Shown piece after piece: positions 46,738 through 55,926 of a stretch of DNA of 64,000 nt. Positions within the stretch are counted from its first letter, which is position 1. Each line of letters begins with the position of its first letter. Origin of the DNA: an uncultured Verrucomicrobiae bacterium. Lineage in GTDB: Bacteria; Chlamydiota; Chlamydiia; Chlamydiales; Rhabdochlamydiaceae. Made by a program: the position numbers and the translations under genes. The notes under the pieces are model-generated. The model ran no database searches and was not told the DNA's origin. It was given only the letters and a program-made list of their open reading frames with translations. The DNA lies in assembly GCA_963731265.1 (NCBI GenBank), contig CAVSUE010000001.1, positions 1,696,001-1,760,000 of the forward strand, in the 5' to 3' direction.

Positions 46738-48880
46738 ATTTTAGACCAATGCAGCCATCTTCAAAGAGATGATACATCCAAGACTTTTTTTGTCCCGATA
46801 AAATTTCCTTCCTGAATTTTAACTGGCCTTCATGCTCAAAAGCGGTCAATCGGGTTCCTGATTCCACTTCGATCTTCAAATTTCCTCTCAAAGAAACATT
46901 TTCTGCATGAAATTCAGCATCACCATGAAGGACGATCTCGCAAAGTTCAGAACGTTTGATCTCCCCTTTCCAATAAATATTTGCACTTTCACGATCGATG
47001 CCATGATTTTTCACACTAACATGAGCAAGTCGGCATCTCCCGACGTTTTCCGAATAGTGTAAAAGTCCTGCGGGATCGATTTCACCGACGATGCGGTCTG
47101 CGATGATGTGCAGCGAGCCTGAAAGGTTCAATTCTGAAATGTCCGCTTCAGCGATGTCCAATTTGAGCTCGCTGCGATGGTTGAACTTGCCGCCGCGGAT
47201 TTTTTGGCCAATGATCGAAAAAAGAGGACCCAAAGCGGGATGGTATAGGAACAAAAAAGAGGGACCTTCTCGAGTGTAGGTTTCGACATCAGCGACTTGG
47301 GGAACAGAAACTCCGCAATAATGAGTGAGAAGATCGTAGGCATTTTGATGCAGATCATAGAAACAGCCTTCCGGCGTTTCGAGTAACGGAGAACCTTCCT
47401 GATACAGTTTTTTTGTCGTAGAAATGGTTTTTCGACGTTGATTGTAAGTTAAATAGGTCTTCAAACGGACCTCGTCCTGCGAAGGAGGAATGTCTAGAGC
47501 TTCTTCGAAACAATCAGCAATATTTTGCATTGTCGATTCGAGGCGCGCCACTTCCTGGCTTTTAACTTTGCCGTCTTCATCGATATAGGAGAGCGTCTTG
47601 AGATTGACCACCATTCCGGGGATGGGACAGCGCCGAGCGGCATTTGCGACAGCCGTGATATCTGCGAAGAGAATATTCGTATTAGAAGGAAATCGCGAAT
47701 AAGGGCTCTCCGGATGCATAGAAACATCTTCGATGCAGAACTTGGCAAAATCGCAGTATTCTACATTGCTCAATCTGTAGAAATGACCGCTCAAAGATTT
47801 TTTTTGGATTAAAATGTTAACCCCTTCCGCTGATTGCACTTGCCTTGGGCAAGATGCAAAACCAAAAATTTTGTTTTCCGAAAATCCAACACCGCAAAAG
47901 GCCAAAAGACCATAATCCATCCCCGCAATTGGATTGTTGATTTGCCGAATCAGGATTTTTTTTCTGCCGAGGCTGGCAAACCAATCAAAAATTCCGTTTT
48001 GCTCAGCAGCCCTCCATAAAACGCCATGCCCTCCTGGCTTCATTAACAATCTCATCTCGCCGCTCAAACACCATTTTCCTTCTTTGTCCATTGTCGGCAC
48101 AACAGGCTGGCAAAAAAAACGGAAAGACTTCATTGGCCTCCCAAACCATTTTTTTTCTTCGCAGAGAGAAAAAACATGATCGTGGTTGTCTTTTTCCATC
48201 GAAGTCATCATGGCGATCGGAGTCGTCATCTGAACGTTAAAAAGCTTGAAATACACATACTCTCTGGCCTGAATATCGCGAATCAGTCCTTCGAGAAGAG
48301 AGTGTCCGCAAAACTCCAGTTTTGCCGCAGGAAGGGGCTCGCCTGAGGCGGGATCGAATAATTTTAAACGGTCTGCAGCTCCTCCAATCGGATAAATTTC
48401 AGCAAGGAAAGGCAAAGAGGCAATCCCTTCGAGGATATAAGCAAGAACGCGCTCATTTTCCGAAGAAATATCGATTCCCGGAGGACGATGATAGGACTCC
48501 AAATCGGAAGGAGCTTTCTTTTCCTGCGTCAAAAAAGAGAGCAGCGTCCAATGGTATCCGACAATCCCGCCGATTTCTTTATAAAAAGATTCGACAGGAA
48601 ACAACTCTTCCAATGTCTTTCTGATCTTTTCAGAGATGGCAAAACTTTCGTTCGGGGATGAAAAGATAGATTTTTCTTGTCCAATGGCGACAAGCGACTT
48701 GATTGTCAACTCACATTCTTGGCTTAATTGTGCAGTCAAAGTGCGCAGCGGACTTGGCGCTTGCATCCAGTTTTTGACGCGCGCGTCCTGGTCGAGTAAT
48801 TCTATTCTCTCTAAATCGGTTCGACAATTCTTGAGTCCTTCTACCAGACTTGAAAGCCGCTCAATCTCGCTTACAGACAT
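46736..48880 (-). CDS. UTP--glucose-1-phosphate uridylyltransferase (plant UGP3-like)
   Basis: GGAADRL, KPGGHG, RQINNP, NVEY, NTNILF, RLESTMQNIAD. Confidence 0.85.
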   Translation of the reverse strand: MSVSEIERLSSLVEGLKNCRTDLERIELLDQDARVKNWMQAPSPLRTLTAQLSQECELTIKSLVAIGQEKSIFSSPNESFAISEKIRKTLEELFPVESFYKEIGGIVGYHWTLLSFLTQEKKAPSDLESYHRPPGIDISSENERVLAYILEGIASLPFLAEIYPIGGAADRLKLFDPASGEPLPAAKLEFCGHSLLEGLIRDIQAREYVYFKLFNVQMTTPIAMMTSMEKDNHDHVFSLCEEKKWFGRPMKSFRFFCQPVVPTMDKEGKWCLSGEMRLLMKPGGHGVLWRAAEQNGIFDWFASLGRKKILIRQINNPIAGMDYGLLAFCGVGFSENKIFGFASCPRQVQSAEGVNILIQKKSLSGHFYRLSNVEYCDFAKFCIEDVSMHPESPYSRFPSNTNILFADITAVANAARRCPIPGMVVNLKTLSYIDEDGKVKSQEVARLESTMQNIADCFEEALDIPPSQDEVRLKTYLTYNQRRKTISTTKKLYQEGSPLLETPEGCFYDLHQNAYDLLTHYCGVSVPQVADVETYTREGPSFLFLYHPALGPLFSIIGQKIRGGKFNHRSELKLDIAEADISELNLSGSLHIIADRIVGEIDPAGLLHYSENVGRCRLAHVSVKNHGIDRESANIYWKGEIKRSELCEIVLHGDAEFHAENVSLRGNLKIEVESGTRLTAFEHEGQLKFRKEILSGQKKSWMYHLFEDGCIGLK

Positions 48881-48881
48881 A

Positions 48882-48998
48882 CATGCTCAGTTTCTTGAAG
48901 AAATTGCCATGATCCCGTTCTAAAATCAAGCCTTATAAGGCGATTTTCCATTGGAGGTAGGGTCTTCCAATGGGTTATTTCCTTAAAAAAACTGCATG
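48882..48998. repeat. Single-copy palindromic element abutting the uridylyltransferase start codon
   Basis: catgctcagtttcttgaagaaat / atttccttaaaaaaactgcatg imperfect arms; internal ccattgga/tccaatgg hairpin. Confidence 0.55.
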
Positions 48999-49250
48999 GG
49001 ATATATTCATTTTTAATTCATTGATTATTAGAGACTTAAAATTAACTTCGTAGGAAGGCCGACTGCTGCGAGAGAAATTTGCAACGATTTTTTTTGACTA
49101 TAAAATCCTGAGAAAGATACAACTAGTCATTCGAGGATTACAGTAATCGCCCTCGAAAGTCTATCCAAAAAATTTATGAGGATAGGCCTTTAAAGCTAAA
49201 CAACCCCCCATGAGGGGAAAAAACGCTTATCGGATATTAAGGAGATAGCA

Positions 49251-49508
49251 ATGGCTAAAGAGAAAAAATCCAAATTCATGCAACCGATGCAAGTTAGCGA
49301 AGAACTCGCTGCGGTCGTTGGCAGAGGCCCCTTGCCTCGTACTGAAGTGACAAAGAAATTGTGGGCCTACATCAAAACTCACAAGTGCCAAGACACAAAA
49401 AACAAGCGCAACATCAATCCAGATGATAAACTCGCAAAAGTCTTCGGTGCAAAGAAAACGATTAACATGTTTGAAATGACAAAACTTGTCAGCAAACATC
49501 TCTCTTAA
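49251..49508 (+). CDS. SWIB/MDM2-domain protein
   Basis: SEELAAVVG....PRTEVTKKLW.YIK....QD..NKR.I.PD.KL..VF. Confidence 0.93.
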   Translation: MAKEKKSKFMQPMQVSEELAAVVGRGPLPRTEVTKKLWAYIKTHKCQDTKNKRNINPDDKLAKVFGAKKTINMFEMTKLVSKHLS

Positions 49509-49522
49509 CTGTTTTTTTCGCA

Positions 49523-49551
49523 ACAGAATGCAGTTTAACACTGCATTCTGT
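49523..49551. other. Perfect 12-bp hairpin between SWIB and truA
   Basis: acagaatgcagt-ttaac-actgcattctgt. Confidence 0.6.
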
Positions 49552-49558
49552 CATATGT

Positions 49559-50302
49559 ATGTTTACTTACAAGTTAACGATTGCTTACGATGGGACATCC
49601 TTTGGCGGTTGGCAAATCCAACCGAACTCTGTCTCTATTCAGGCACTTATCCAAGGAGCTCTTGAAATTATTCTACGGACTCCCACTTCTGTAATCGGCT
49701 CGGGCCGTACCGACGCCGGCGTACACGCTCTTGGGCAAACAGCCCATTTTTCTGCAAAAGATCGTATCGATGTTCAAAAGGTCATGGCCTCCCTCAACGG
49801 ACTACTCCCTTCTGAAATCCGCATCCTCGATCTCATCGAAGTCACCTTGGAATTCCATGCTCGTTTTAAGGCTGTTTCAAAAGTGTACCATTACCGCCTA
49901 CATCTTGAGCGCATTGCAAACCCCTTCAAGATCCAGTACTCTTATCATGTTCCCCATTCCGTAGATCTAGCATTGCTCGAAGAAACAGCGTTGCTTTTTC
50001 TGGGTACACATGACTTCACTTCCTTTGCCAATGAAGCGCGTCGAGGCTCTGCGGCAAAGGATGCGGTGCGCACATTGCACCGCCTCGATCTAGTTCCAGA
50101 AACAGGCGGAGTGCGGTTAGAGTTTGAAGGAGATGGATTTTTATACAAAATGGTGCGCAATATCGTCGGCACTTTACTTGACGTGGGCGCAGGAAAAATC
50201 ACAAAAGATCAAATTTCAGCCATTCTTAAAGCCAAAGATCGAAGACAGGCAGGGAGAGCCGCCCCTCCTCACGGACTTTATCTTGTCGAGGTTAAATACT
50301 AG
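49559..50302 (+). CDS. truA: tRNA pseudouridine(38-40) synthase
   Basis: YDGT.F.GWQ.Q, GRTDAGVHA, G.HDF.SF, FLY.MVR.IVG, APPHGL.L. Confidence 0.96.
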   Translation: MFTYKLTIAYDGTSFGGWQIQPNSVSIQALIQGALEIILRTPTSVIGSGRTDAGVHALGQTAHFSAKDRIDVQKVMASLNGLLPSEIRILDLIEVTLEFHARFKAVSKVYHYRLHLERIANPFKIQYSYHVPHSVDLALLEETALLFLGTHDFTSFANEARRGSAAKDAVRTLHRLDLVPETGGVRLEFEGDGFLYKMVRNIVGTLLDVGAGKITKDQISAILKAKDRRQAGRAAPPHGLYLVEVKY

Positions 50303-50333
50303 AGAGTTTCGGATAAAGAAGAAGGCGGGCAAG

Positions 50334-50423
50334 GGCACATTTACGTTCACGAAGAAGCAAACTCTGAAATCCTTCCTCCGGTGCGGGGACTTTAGCCCCG
50401 ACTAGCGTGAACGTAAACCTGCC
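50334..50423. repeat. Single-copy palindromic element between convergent genes
   Basis: ggca..tttacgttcacg / cgtgaacgtaaa..tgcc; internal cgggg-acttta-gccccg. Confidence 0.55.
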
Positions 50424-50439
50424 TAATTTATTCTTTTTC

Positions 50440-51114
50440 TTATGCTAAACTGGCATTAGAAAGATTTTCGCAATGCTTTGCTCCAAGGGCAATCCCTTCT
50501 GCAACATGTTCGCTTTGGGCTGGACAGACCAAAACGGTTTCCACGCCTGCGGCAAGCAATGCTTTTAATCCTTTGAGGGTATCTTCGAATCCGATGATCC
50601 TATCTCCGAATTTCCCCAATTTTTCAATGGCTTTGAGATAACCTTCGGGAGAGGGTTTCGGCTGCGCATAATCTTCACGGGTGATCCACAAAGGGATCGA
50701 ATGAAGAACGGGAAGAAAAGCTTTAATGATTTCGATATGCGCTTTTGGAGAATTCGTGACGACGGCTCGTTTTGCACCTCGAACTTCCAAAGCTTGCAAA
50801 AGTTCAGTTGCCCCTTCCATCAATTGTAAGCGCGATGTTTTAAGCAGTTCAATGTAGATCTTTTTCTTTTCCTCATACAGGGCCTCGATGTGGGGCGCCA
50901 TTTCGAACATCGAAGGGAATTCTCTTTTCAAACCGTCCCAGACCCCCATCGCTTTGCGGTGGGCCTCGAGGCAGAATCGCTCAAAATCCCACCCCAGCTC
51001 GCATCCATGGCGCCGGCACAATTCTGCATAGGCAGCATAATGCAAAGGCTCTGTATCGACGAGCAGGCCATCGAAGTCAAAAAGAAAAAGCTGATAATCT
51101 TGAATCCAATTCAT
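50440..51114 (-). CDS. HAD-family phosphatase (beta-PGM/CbbY-like)
   Basis: FDFDGLLVDTE, VTNS, KPSP..Y, FED...G..A. Confidence 0.9.
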   Translation of the reverse strand: MNWIQDYQLFLFDFDGLLVDTEPLHYAAYAELCRRHGCELGWDFERFCLEAHRKAMGVWDGLKREFPSMFEMAPHIEALYEEKKKIYIELLKTSRLQLMEGATELLQALEVRGAKRAVVTNSPKAHIEIIKAFLPVLHSIPLWITREDYAQPKPSPEGYLKAIEKLGKFGDRIIGFEDTLKGLKALLAAGVETVLVCPAQSEHVAEGIALGAKHCENLSNASLA

Positions 51115-51143
51115 GGCATCTATTATAAACTTCTTCAGAATTA

Positions 51144-51326
51144 AACTCGACTTTATAACTTTTTGGGCCCGCCGCCTCGCTTATTTACTCTCGGCCGCTC
51201 GACCCCTGGTCGAACTGGGAGTTATTTAAAACAGGAAGGGGTTAAAAACCCCTTCCTGTTTTAAATAACTCCCCCGAGAGCAAATATTTCGAGTCCTTCG
51301 GGCCCAAAAAGTTACAAAGTCGAGTT
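51144..51326. mobile_element. Palindromic element family C, copy 1, with nested hairpin insertion
   Basis: TIR aactcgactttataactttttgggccc / gggcccaaaaagttacaaagtcgagtt; internal perfect 27-bp hairpin 51217-51273. Confidence 0.85.
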
Positions 51327-51336
51327 AAAGGAATAT

Positions 51337-52704
51337 ATGAAATTTTCAATTTTAGTCTTAACGCTTCTTTGCTCTGTCTTTTTACACGCTGCTGAAATCA
51401 GCATCATTGGAGCCGGACTTTCGGGTCTGACATGCGCCCATCGCCTTCAAGAGCTCGGCCATACGGTCACGGTCTTTGAGGCTTTGGACCGCCCCGGAGG
51501 CAGAGTTTTCACCTACTATGCAGAAAATTCCCATGAAGAGTTAGGAGGAAAATTTATCTACGATGGAGGACCTGCAACTCATATTCGCTGCCTCTTGCAG
51601 GAACTTGGTTTGGAGATCGATGTCCATGAAGTTCCTCATACCAAAAATTATATTCATGAAGGAAAGTCTATTTCCTACCATCAATTGCATGAAACGCTTC
51701 CTCCAGCAAATGAGCAAACTTTCCAGACATTGAAAACCCTCGCCGTCGACGCAAAAAATTTTGGGGAAATCCTCGACCGGTTTTGCGAAGGGCTTCCGGT
51801 CATCCGCCATTTGATGGAGCTGCGCACGCGTAATTATGAAGGAGCGCCATCCGCAGAACTCTCTGTGAATTACTTTGAGTTGTTTTGGGAATATTACAAA
51901 CTGAGCGCGGATCATTTGGCGTTAGAAGACCAAGGAAAGGCAGCCTCTTACGATGTTTCCAGCGTCAAAGGAGGCAATAGCCGTCTTATCCATACTCTTT
52001 GTAGAAGAGTCGGAGAAAATTGCATCCACTATCAAAGGCCATTGAAAAATGTCGAACTGCAGAAAAATGGAAAGCTTCTTTTGTATTTTGACAATGGGGA
52101 ACACCGACTCACAGATTATCTCATTTTAACAGTGCCTTTGCCTATTTTAAAAGAGATCGAAATGGATGAAAAGCTCCTTCCTCTCGAGAGAAAAAGCCTC
52201 TTAAGCAACCTTCCTTTTGGCAATAATTCAAAAATCATCATTCCTGTGGCTGCTCAAGGGTCCGTTGATCCTCAATTCTCTTATACAAATGAAGGTATTT
52301 CCTGGTTCAATCACGATTTTACTTTGATGACCCTGTATTTTGGTGGAGAAGCCGCCAAATTTGCCAATGCATCGATCGAAGAAATTTACCGACGGGAGCT
52401 TCCCTTCCTCAAACTGCATTACCCGCAAATTCTATTTCCTCCCGAGGATCAAATCCTAGGCATCTGTTGGCCTAAGGAACGGTATTTTCAGGGAAGTTAC
52501 TCCAACTATGGGACAGATCTATTCGATCCGCTGCACGAAAATGTATGGATAGAAGAGATTCCTGTTAGAAAAATTTTCGCACCGCTTCTGAATGTTGTTT
52601 TTTTTGCCGGAGAAGCCACTGCCCTTGACTTTCCTTCGACGATGGAAGGGGCTGTCGAATCCGCTGACCGGATCAGTGCGCTCGTTCACAAGATCTGCCG
52701 ATGA
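51337..52704 (+). CDS. Flavin monoamine-oxidase-family FAD oxidoreductase with signal peptide
   Basis: IIGAGLSGL..A, EA.DR.GGR, FFAGEAT...TMEGAVES. Confidence 0.85.
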   Translation: MKFSILVLTLLCSVFLHAAEISIIGAGLSGLTCAHRLQELGHTVTVFEALDRPGGRVFTYYAENSHEELGGKFIYDGGPATHIRCLLQELGLEIDVHEVPHTKNYIHEGKSISYHQLHETLPPANEQTFQTLKTLAVDAKNFGEILDRFCEGLPVIRHLMELRTRNYEGAPSAELSVNYFELFWEYYKLSADHLALEDQGKAASYDVSSVKGGNSRLIHTLCRRVGENCIHYQRPLKNVELQKNGKLLLYFDNGEHRLTDYLILTVPLPILKEIEMDEKLLPLERKSLLSNLPFGNNSKIIIPVAAQGSVDPQFSYTNEGISWFNHDFTLMTLYFGGEAAKFANASIEEIYRRELPFLKLHYPQILFPPEDQILGICWPKERYFQGSYSNYGTDLFDPLHENVWIEEIPVRKIFAPLLNVVFFAGEATALDFPSTMEGAVESADRISALVHKICR

Positions 52705-52778
52705 CTGGACTTGAACCAGCACTCTATTGCTAGAAGTAGATTTTGAGTCTACCGCGTCTACCATTCCACCACATCGGC
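52696..52778 (-). tRNA. tRNA-Leu(CAA)
   Basis: gccgatgtggtggaatggtagacgcggtagact-CAA-aatctac...ctggttcaagtccagtcatcggca; long variable arm; CCA not encoded. Confidence 0.95.
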
Positions 52779-52883
52779 AAAAAGAGCGGCTAATATAACC
52801 CATTTATTCAATAAAACGCAATGCTCCCCTAACGACGTTCCAGGGCATTGGATATTTAAAATGAATTTTTAAATTTGCGCAGT

Positions 52884-52986
52884 GTTCGACTTTGCAGCTT
52901 TTTAGGTACGAAGGTCTCGAAATATTTGCTCTCGGCCAAGAGTTAATAGGCGAGGCGGGCGGGCCCAAAAAGCTGCAAAGTCGAGC
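52884..52986. mobile_element. Palindromic element family C, copy 2 (no nested insert, inverted orientation)
   Basis: Reverse complement aligns with 51144-51326 minus the insert; TIR tcgactttgcagcttttt / aaaaagctgcaaagtcga. Confidence 0.85.
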
Positions 52987-53051
52987 GGAAATCATAGACT
53001 TGAAAATTAAAAAGTAAATCCTATACAAGGATACAAACTCACTTGAGGCAT

Positions 53052-53771
53052 ATGGAAAGCGATGTGTTGCAGCATGTCATGGATCGCTTGACAAACGCTC
53101 AGATCGTTGCTTCCCCTTATCCCCATTTTTATATTGAAAACATATTCCCAGACGATTTCTATCAGGAGATCCTTGCCAATCTCCCAGATAATGCCTCCTT
53201 TCAAGGCGTTTCACAAACGGGAAAAGTGGATCCAAGAACTTATTTAGAACGGCGTGTCTTGATTTTACAGGAAGATGAATTAATGAAACTGCCGTTTTTC
53301 CATTTTTTATTTTGGAGCAAGTTCACTTCTTCAATAAAAAGCGATTCGTGGTGTTCCACGCTGCTGAGAAAATTCGATCCTTACATCAGACAACGCTTTG
53401 GCGCTCATTATGAAAAAGTGAAATTTTCCTCCACGGCAGAACTTGTCCGTGATGGGACCAATTATGCGATCGGACCTCACACGGATCATCCAATACGGGT
53501 ACTGACTTTGCTCTTCTACTTTCCGCGATCAAAAGATCAAGCCCATTTGGGCACATCGCTTTATCAGCCGCTCGATCCTTCTTTTGAATGCGAAGGATTC
53601 ACTCACCACTGTTTTAAGGGGTTCAAGAAATTGCATACATTTCCTTTTTTACCCAACAGCGTCTTCGGATTTGTCAAATCCAATCATTCTTTCCACGGAA
53701 GAGAGCCGATTTTGGACAAAGGAGTTGAACGCAACCTCATTAATTACTATCTTCAATGGAACCACAATTGA
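53052..53771 (+). CDS. 2OG-Fe(II) oxygenase superfamily protein
   Basis: PYPH, Y.IGPHTD (HxD), GTSLY, SFHG, R..I.Y. Confidence 0.75.
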   Translation: MESDVLQHVMDRLTNAQIVASPYPHFYIENIFPDDFYQEILANLPDNASFQGVSQTGKVDPRTYLERRVLILQEDELMKLPFFHFLFWSKFTSSIKSDSWCSTLLRKFDPYIRQRFGAHYEKVKFSSTAELVRDGTNYAIGPHTDHPIRVLTLLFYFPRSKDQAHLGTSLYQPLDPSFECEGFTHHCFKGFKKLHTFPFLPNSVFGFVKSNHSFHGREPILDKGVERNLINYYLQWNHN

Positions 53772-53774
53772 AAA

Positions 53775-53826
53775 TATACTGCTGACACTTGAAAGTTATA
53801 GAAAATCTCAAGTGGAAGCAGTGTAT
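53775..53826. mobile_element. Internally deleted family A element (termini only, inverted)
   Basis: tactgctgacacttgaaagttatagaaaat + tcaagtggaagcagtg. Confidence 0.75.
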
Positions 53827-53834
53827 CTTCCACC

Positions 53835-54866
53835 CTACCACGATCTTAGCGGCGCTCGTTTTAAAGTCCTGGCTGCCATTGGAACAGCAGGAATCGCGCC
53901 AATGTAAGATTCTCCTGTATTTTTGCAGATAATTTCCACTCCGCGTCGATGGATGAAATTCCCAATGACGTAATGCGTCGTTCGACACCCCACAGAGAGG
54001 CTGTCCGAAGTGCGCACACAGCTCTTTGGACTTGCCCGATTAGGGGGCGCCCCTTCCTCGAGGATCCGCACAGTATTGAACAGAGCCAGGGTGCGTAAAG
54101 AAACCATCTGAAATCCTTTTTTCTCTAAATATGTATTTTGAGTGCAGGCCTGCTTCCCTAGAGTTTGTTTGGGTGCGACTTTTCTCATGAAATAAAGATT
54201 CACTTTTCCTGGACTGGGCGGGCAATGGTGAAAAGCTTCTTTAACACTGCCGTGATAGAAAACAGGGGCGTTCGTTTTCCCCAACAACGGATAATAGGAA
54301 AGGGTTTTAAGATTCATTAAATTAAAGGGTATTTCGATTTCTGTTTCTGTCTCTTCTTCGGACTCCCGCAAGGCTATAGCCAGGTAACCCTGTTCATCCA
54401 GGGTTGCAGAAACATCTTTACTGAATGTTCTCTTGATAGCTTGAGGTTCCACAACGATGACGAAAGATTCCGCCATTGTCTTTCCCGGTTCGAACGGATC
54501 CGGCTCGCTCAATTTGTTAAACCATTCCAAACTGATCTTCGGAATTTCTCCGATAAATTCTCCCAGAAACTTCTCAATTTTTTTCCCACGGAGTGTAATG
54601 GGGAAAAGGATTTTGAAATCGCCTTTATAATTGCGATCGCTGCCCTCGACGAAAGGGATTTTTTCTTTGAGAAAATGTTGCCGCCAAATGCCGGGCTGAT
54701 CTGCTGCTTCTGCCCAGGATTTGCAAACTTGCCCCAAATTGCAAACATCCGTGGATGAGAGAACACAAGTCGTAGACTCGAAAGCATCCTGTGTTTGAAA
54801 AAGAATAACAGAATTAGAGACCATATTACACCTATTTCTAATTGATTTTATCAACTTACAAAACAC
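53835..54866 (-). CDS. F-box-like hypothetical protein (start probably ATG 54824)
   Basis: LSSTDVCNLGQVCKSW......IWR pattern matches the F-box C-half. Confidence 0.6.
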   Translation of the reverse strand: MFCKLIKSIRNRCNMVSNSVILFQTQDAFESTTCVLSSTDVCNLGQVCKSWAEAADQPGIWRQHFLKEKIPFVEGSDRNYKGDFKILFPITLRGKKIEKFLGEFIGEIPKISLEWFNKLSEPDPFEPGKTMAESFVIVVEPQAIKRTFSKDVSATLDEQGYLAIALRESEEETETEIEIPFNLMNLKTLSYYPLLGKTNAPVFYHGSVKEAFHHCPPSPGKVNLYFMRKVAPKQTLGKQACTQNTYLEKKGFQMVSLRTLALFNTVRILEEGAPPNRASPKSCVRTSDSLSVGCRTTHYVIGNFIHRRGVEIICKNTGESYIGAIPAVPMAARTLKRAPLRSW

Positions 54867-54915
54867 ATAAGTTAATCTTTCTAAATAAATGTTTTACATT
54901 AATTGAAAATAAAAG

Positions 54916-55926
54916 TCAATATATAAGAGCTTTAAAACAGGCTTGTGGAGTGAGATTGTATTGCGCATACTCGAGGGCACAAGTAGAGAGGCGCCGTCGC
55001 AAGTCTGAAGATGCTGCCAATGCGCAAATGGCCGCAGCAAATTCTTCCGGTGTGTCGGCAAGTAAAAAAGATCTTCCGGCCTGTTCAAGAAGCCCTTGCG
55101 CGCCTGCGCTCGTCGACACAAGAGGAATGCCATAAGCAATGGCTTCAACGCTCTTGATCTTAAGGCCGCTTCCATAAAGAACGGGATTGATGGCGATATC
55201 GATGCCGTTGTAATAATCGCCTAGAAAAGGAAAAACTTTTCCCTTAGCGAGCTGGGGAGAAAAAATCGACACCGGTGATGTGCTGAATGTTCCATTGGCA
55301 ATGCATTTTTCTGCCAAATTTCCAAGAAGAGGCATCACAGCGTCATGAAACCATTGGATCCCATCGATGTTGGGCCAGGAGGGACTGCCAAAGAAGCTGA
55401 TGACCTGCACTTCTTCACGAATCGTAGCATCGGCTTCGGGAACAGTAGGATGGGGGCAAAGAAGAAGTTTGTCCTCTCCTAGATGCGGCAATACCTTTTC
55501 CATCTCCTCTTTTTGTAAAAACATCACTTTGTCGAATTTACGAAAACAATCGATTTCCTCATCCAATGTCATGGAACCGATGCTGCGATTGTAGGAGGCA
55601 AACGATTTTGTCCTTTCGGAAAAAAGGTCGACCGCGTCGAGATAGATTTTTGTTTCCTTCAGCAAAAAGTCGGCGGCCCAGTGCAAATGGATATATTCGA
55701 CGATCAGCAGATCATGCCTGCCTGCTTGTAGGAACCCTTTAAGCTGCTTTTGTTTGTTGCCCATTTGAAAAGACGGGCCGTGAAATGGGCAAACTTCATC
55801 CCCGAGATAATAAAGTGTAAAATGGCTATTGCAAGCGAGAAAATGGCAAAGTTCTAGGATGCGCGCATGTGCGCCAAGCCCAGTTTGCCAAAAGGGGACA
55901 TCCGTGGCCAAGGCAATGTTCTTCAT
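54916..55926 (-). CDS. GT-B glycosyltransferase (GT4-like)
   Basis: N.DGI.WF...V, GSGLKIK..EA..YG.P.VST..GA.GL. Confidence 0.8.
   Translation of the reverse strand: MKNIALATDVPFWQTGLGAHARILELCHFLACNSHFTLYYLGDEVCPFHGPSFQMGNKQKQLKGFLQAGRHDLLIVEYIHLHWAADFLLKETKIYLDAVDLFSERTKSFASYNRSIGSMTLDEEIDCFRKFDKVMFLQKEEMEKVLPHLGEDKLLLCPHPTVPEADATIREEVQVISFFGSPSWPNIDGIQWFHDAVMPLLGNLAEKCIANGTFSTSPVSIFSPQLAKGKVFPFLGDYYNGIDIAINPVLYGSGLKIKSVEAIAYGIPLVSTSAGAQGLLEQAGRSFLLADTPEEFAAAICALAASSDLRRRLSTCALEYAQYNLTPQACFKALIY

Noticed and set aside
52519..52803. 94-aa minus-strand ORF
   Set aside because: Spans tRNA-Leu and is antisense to the oxidase; spurious.
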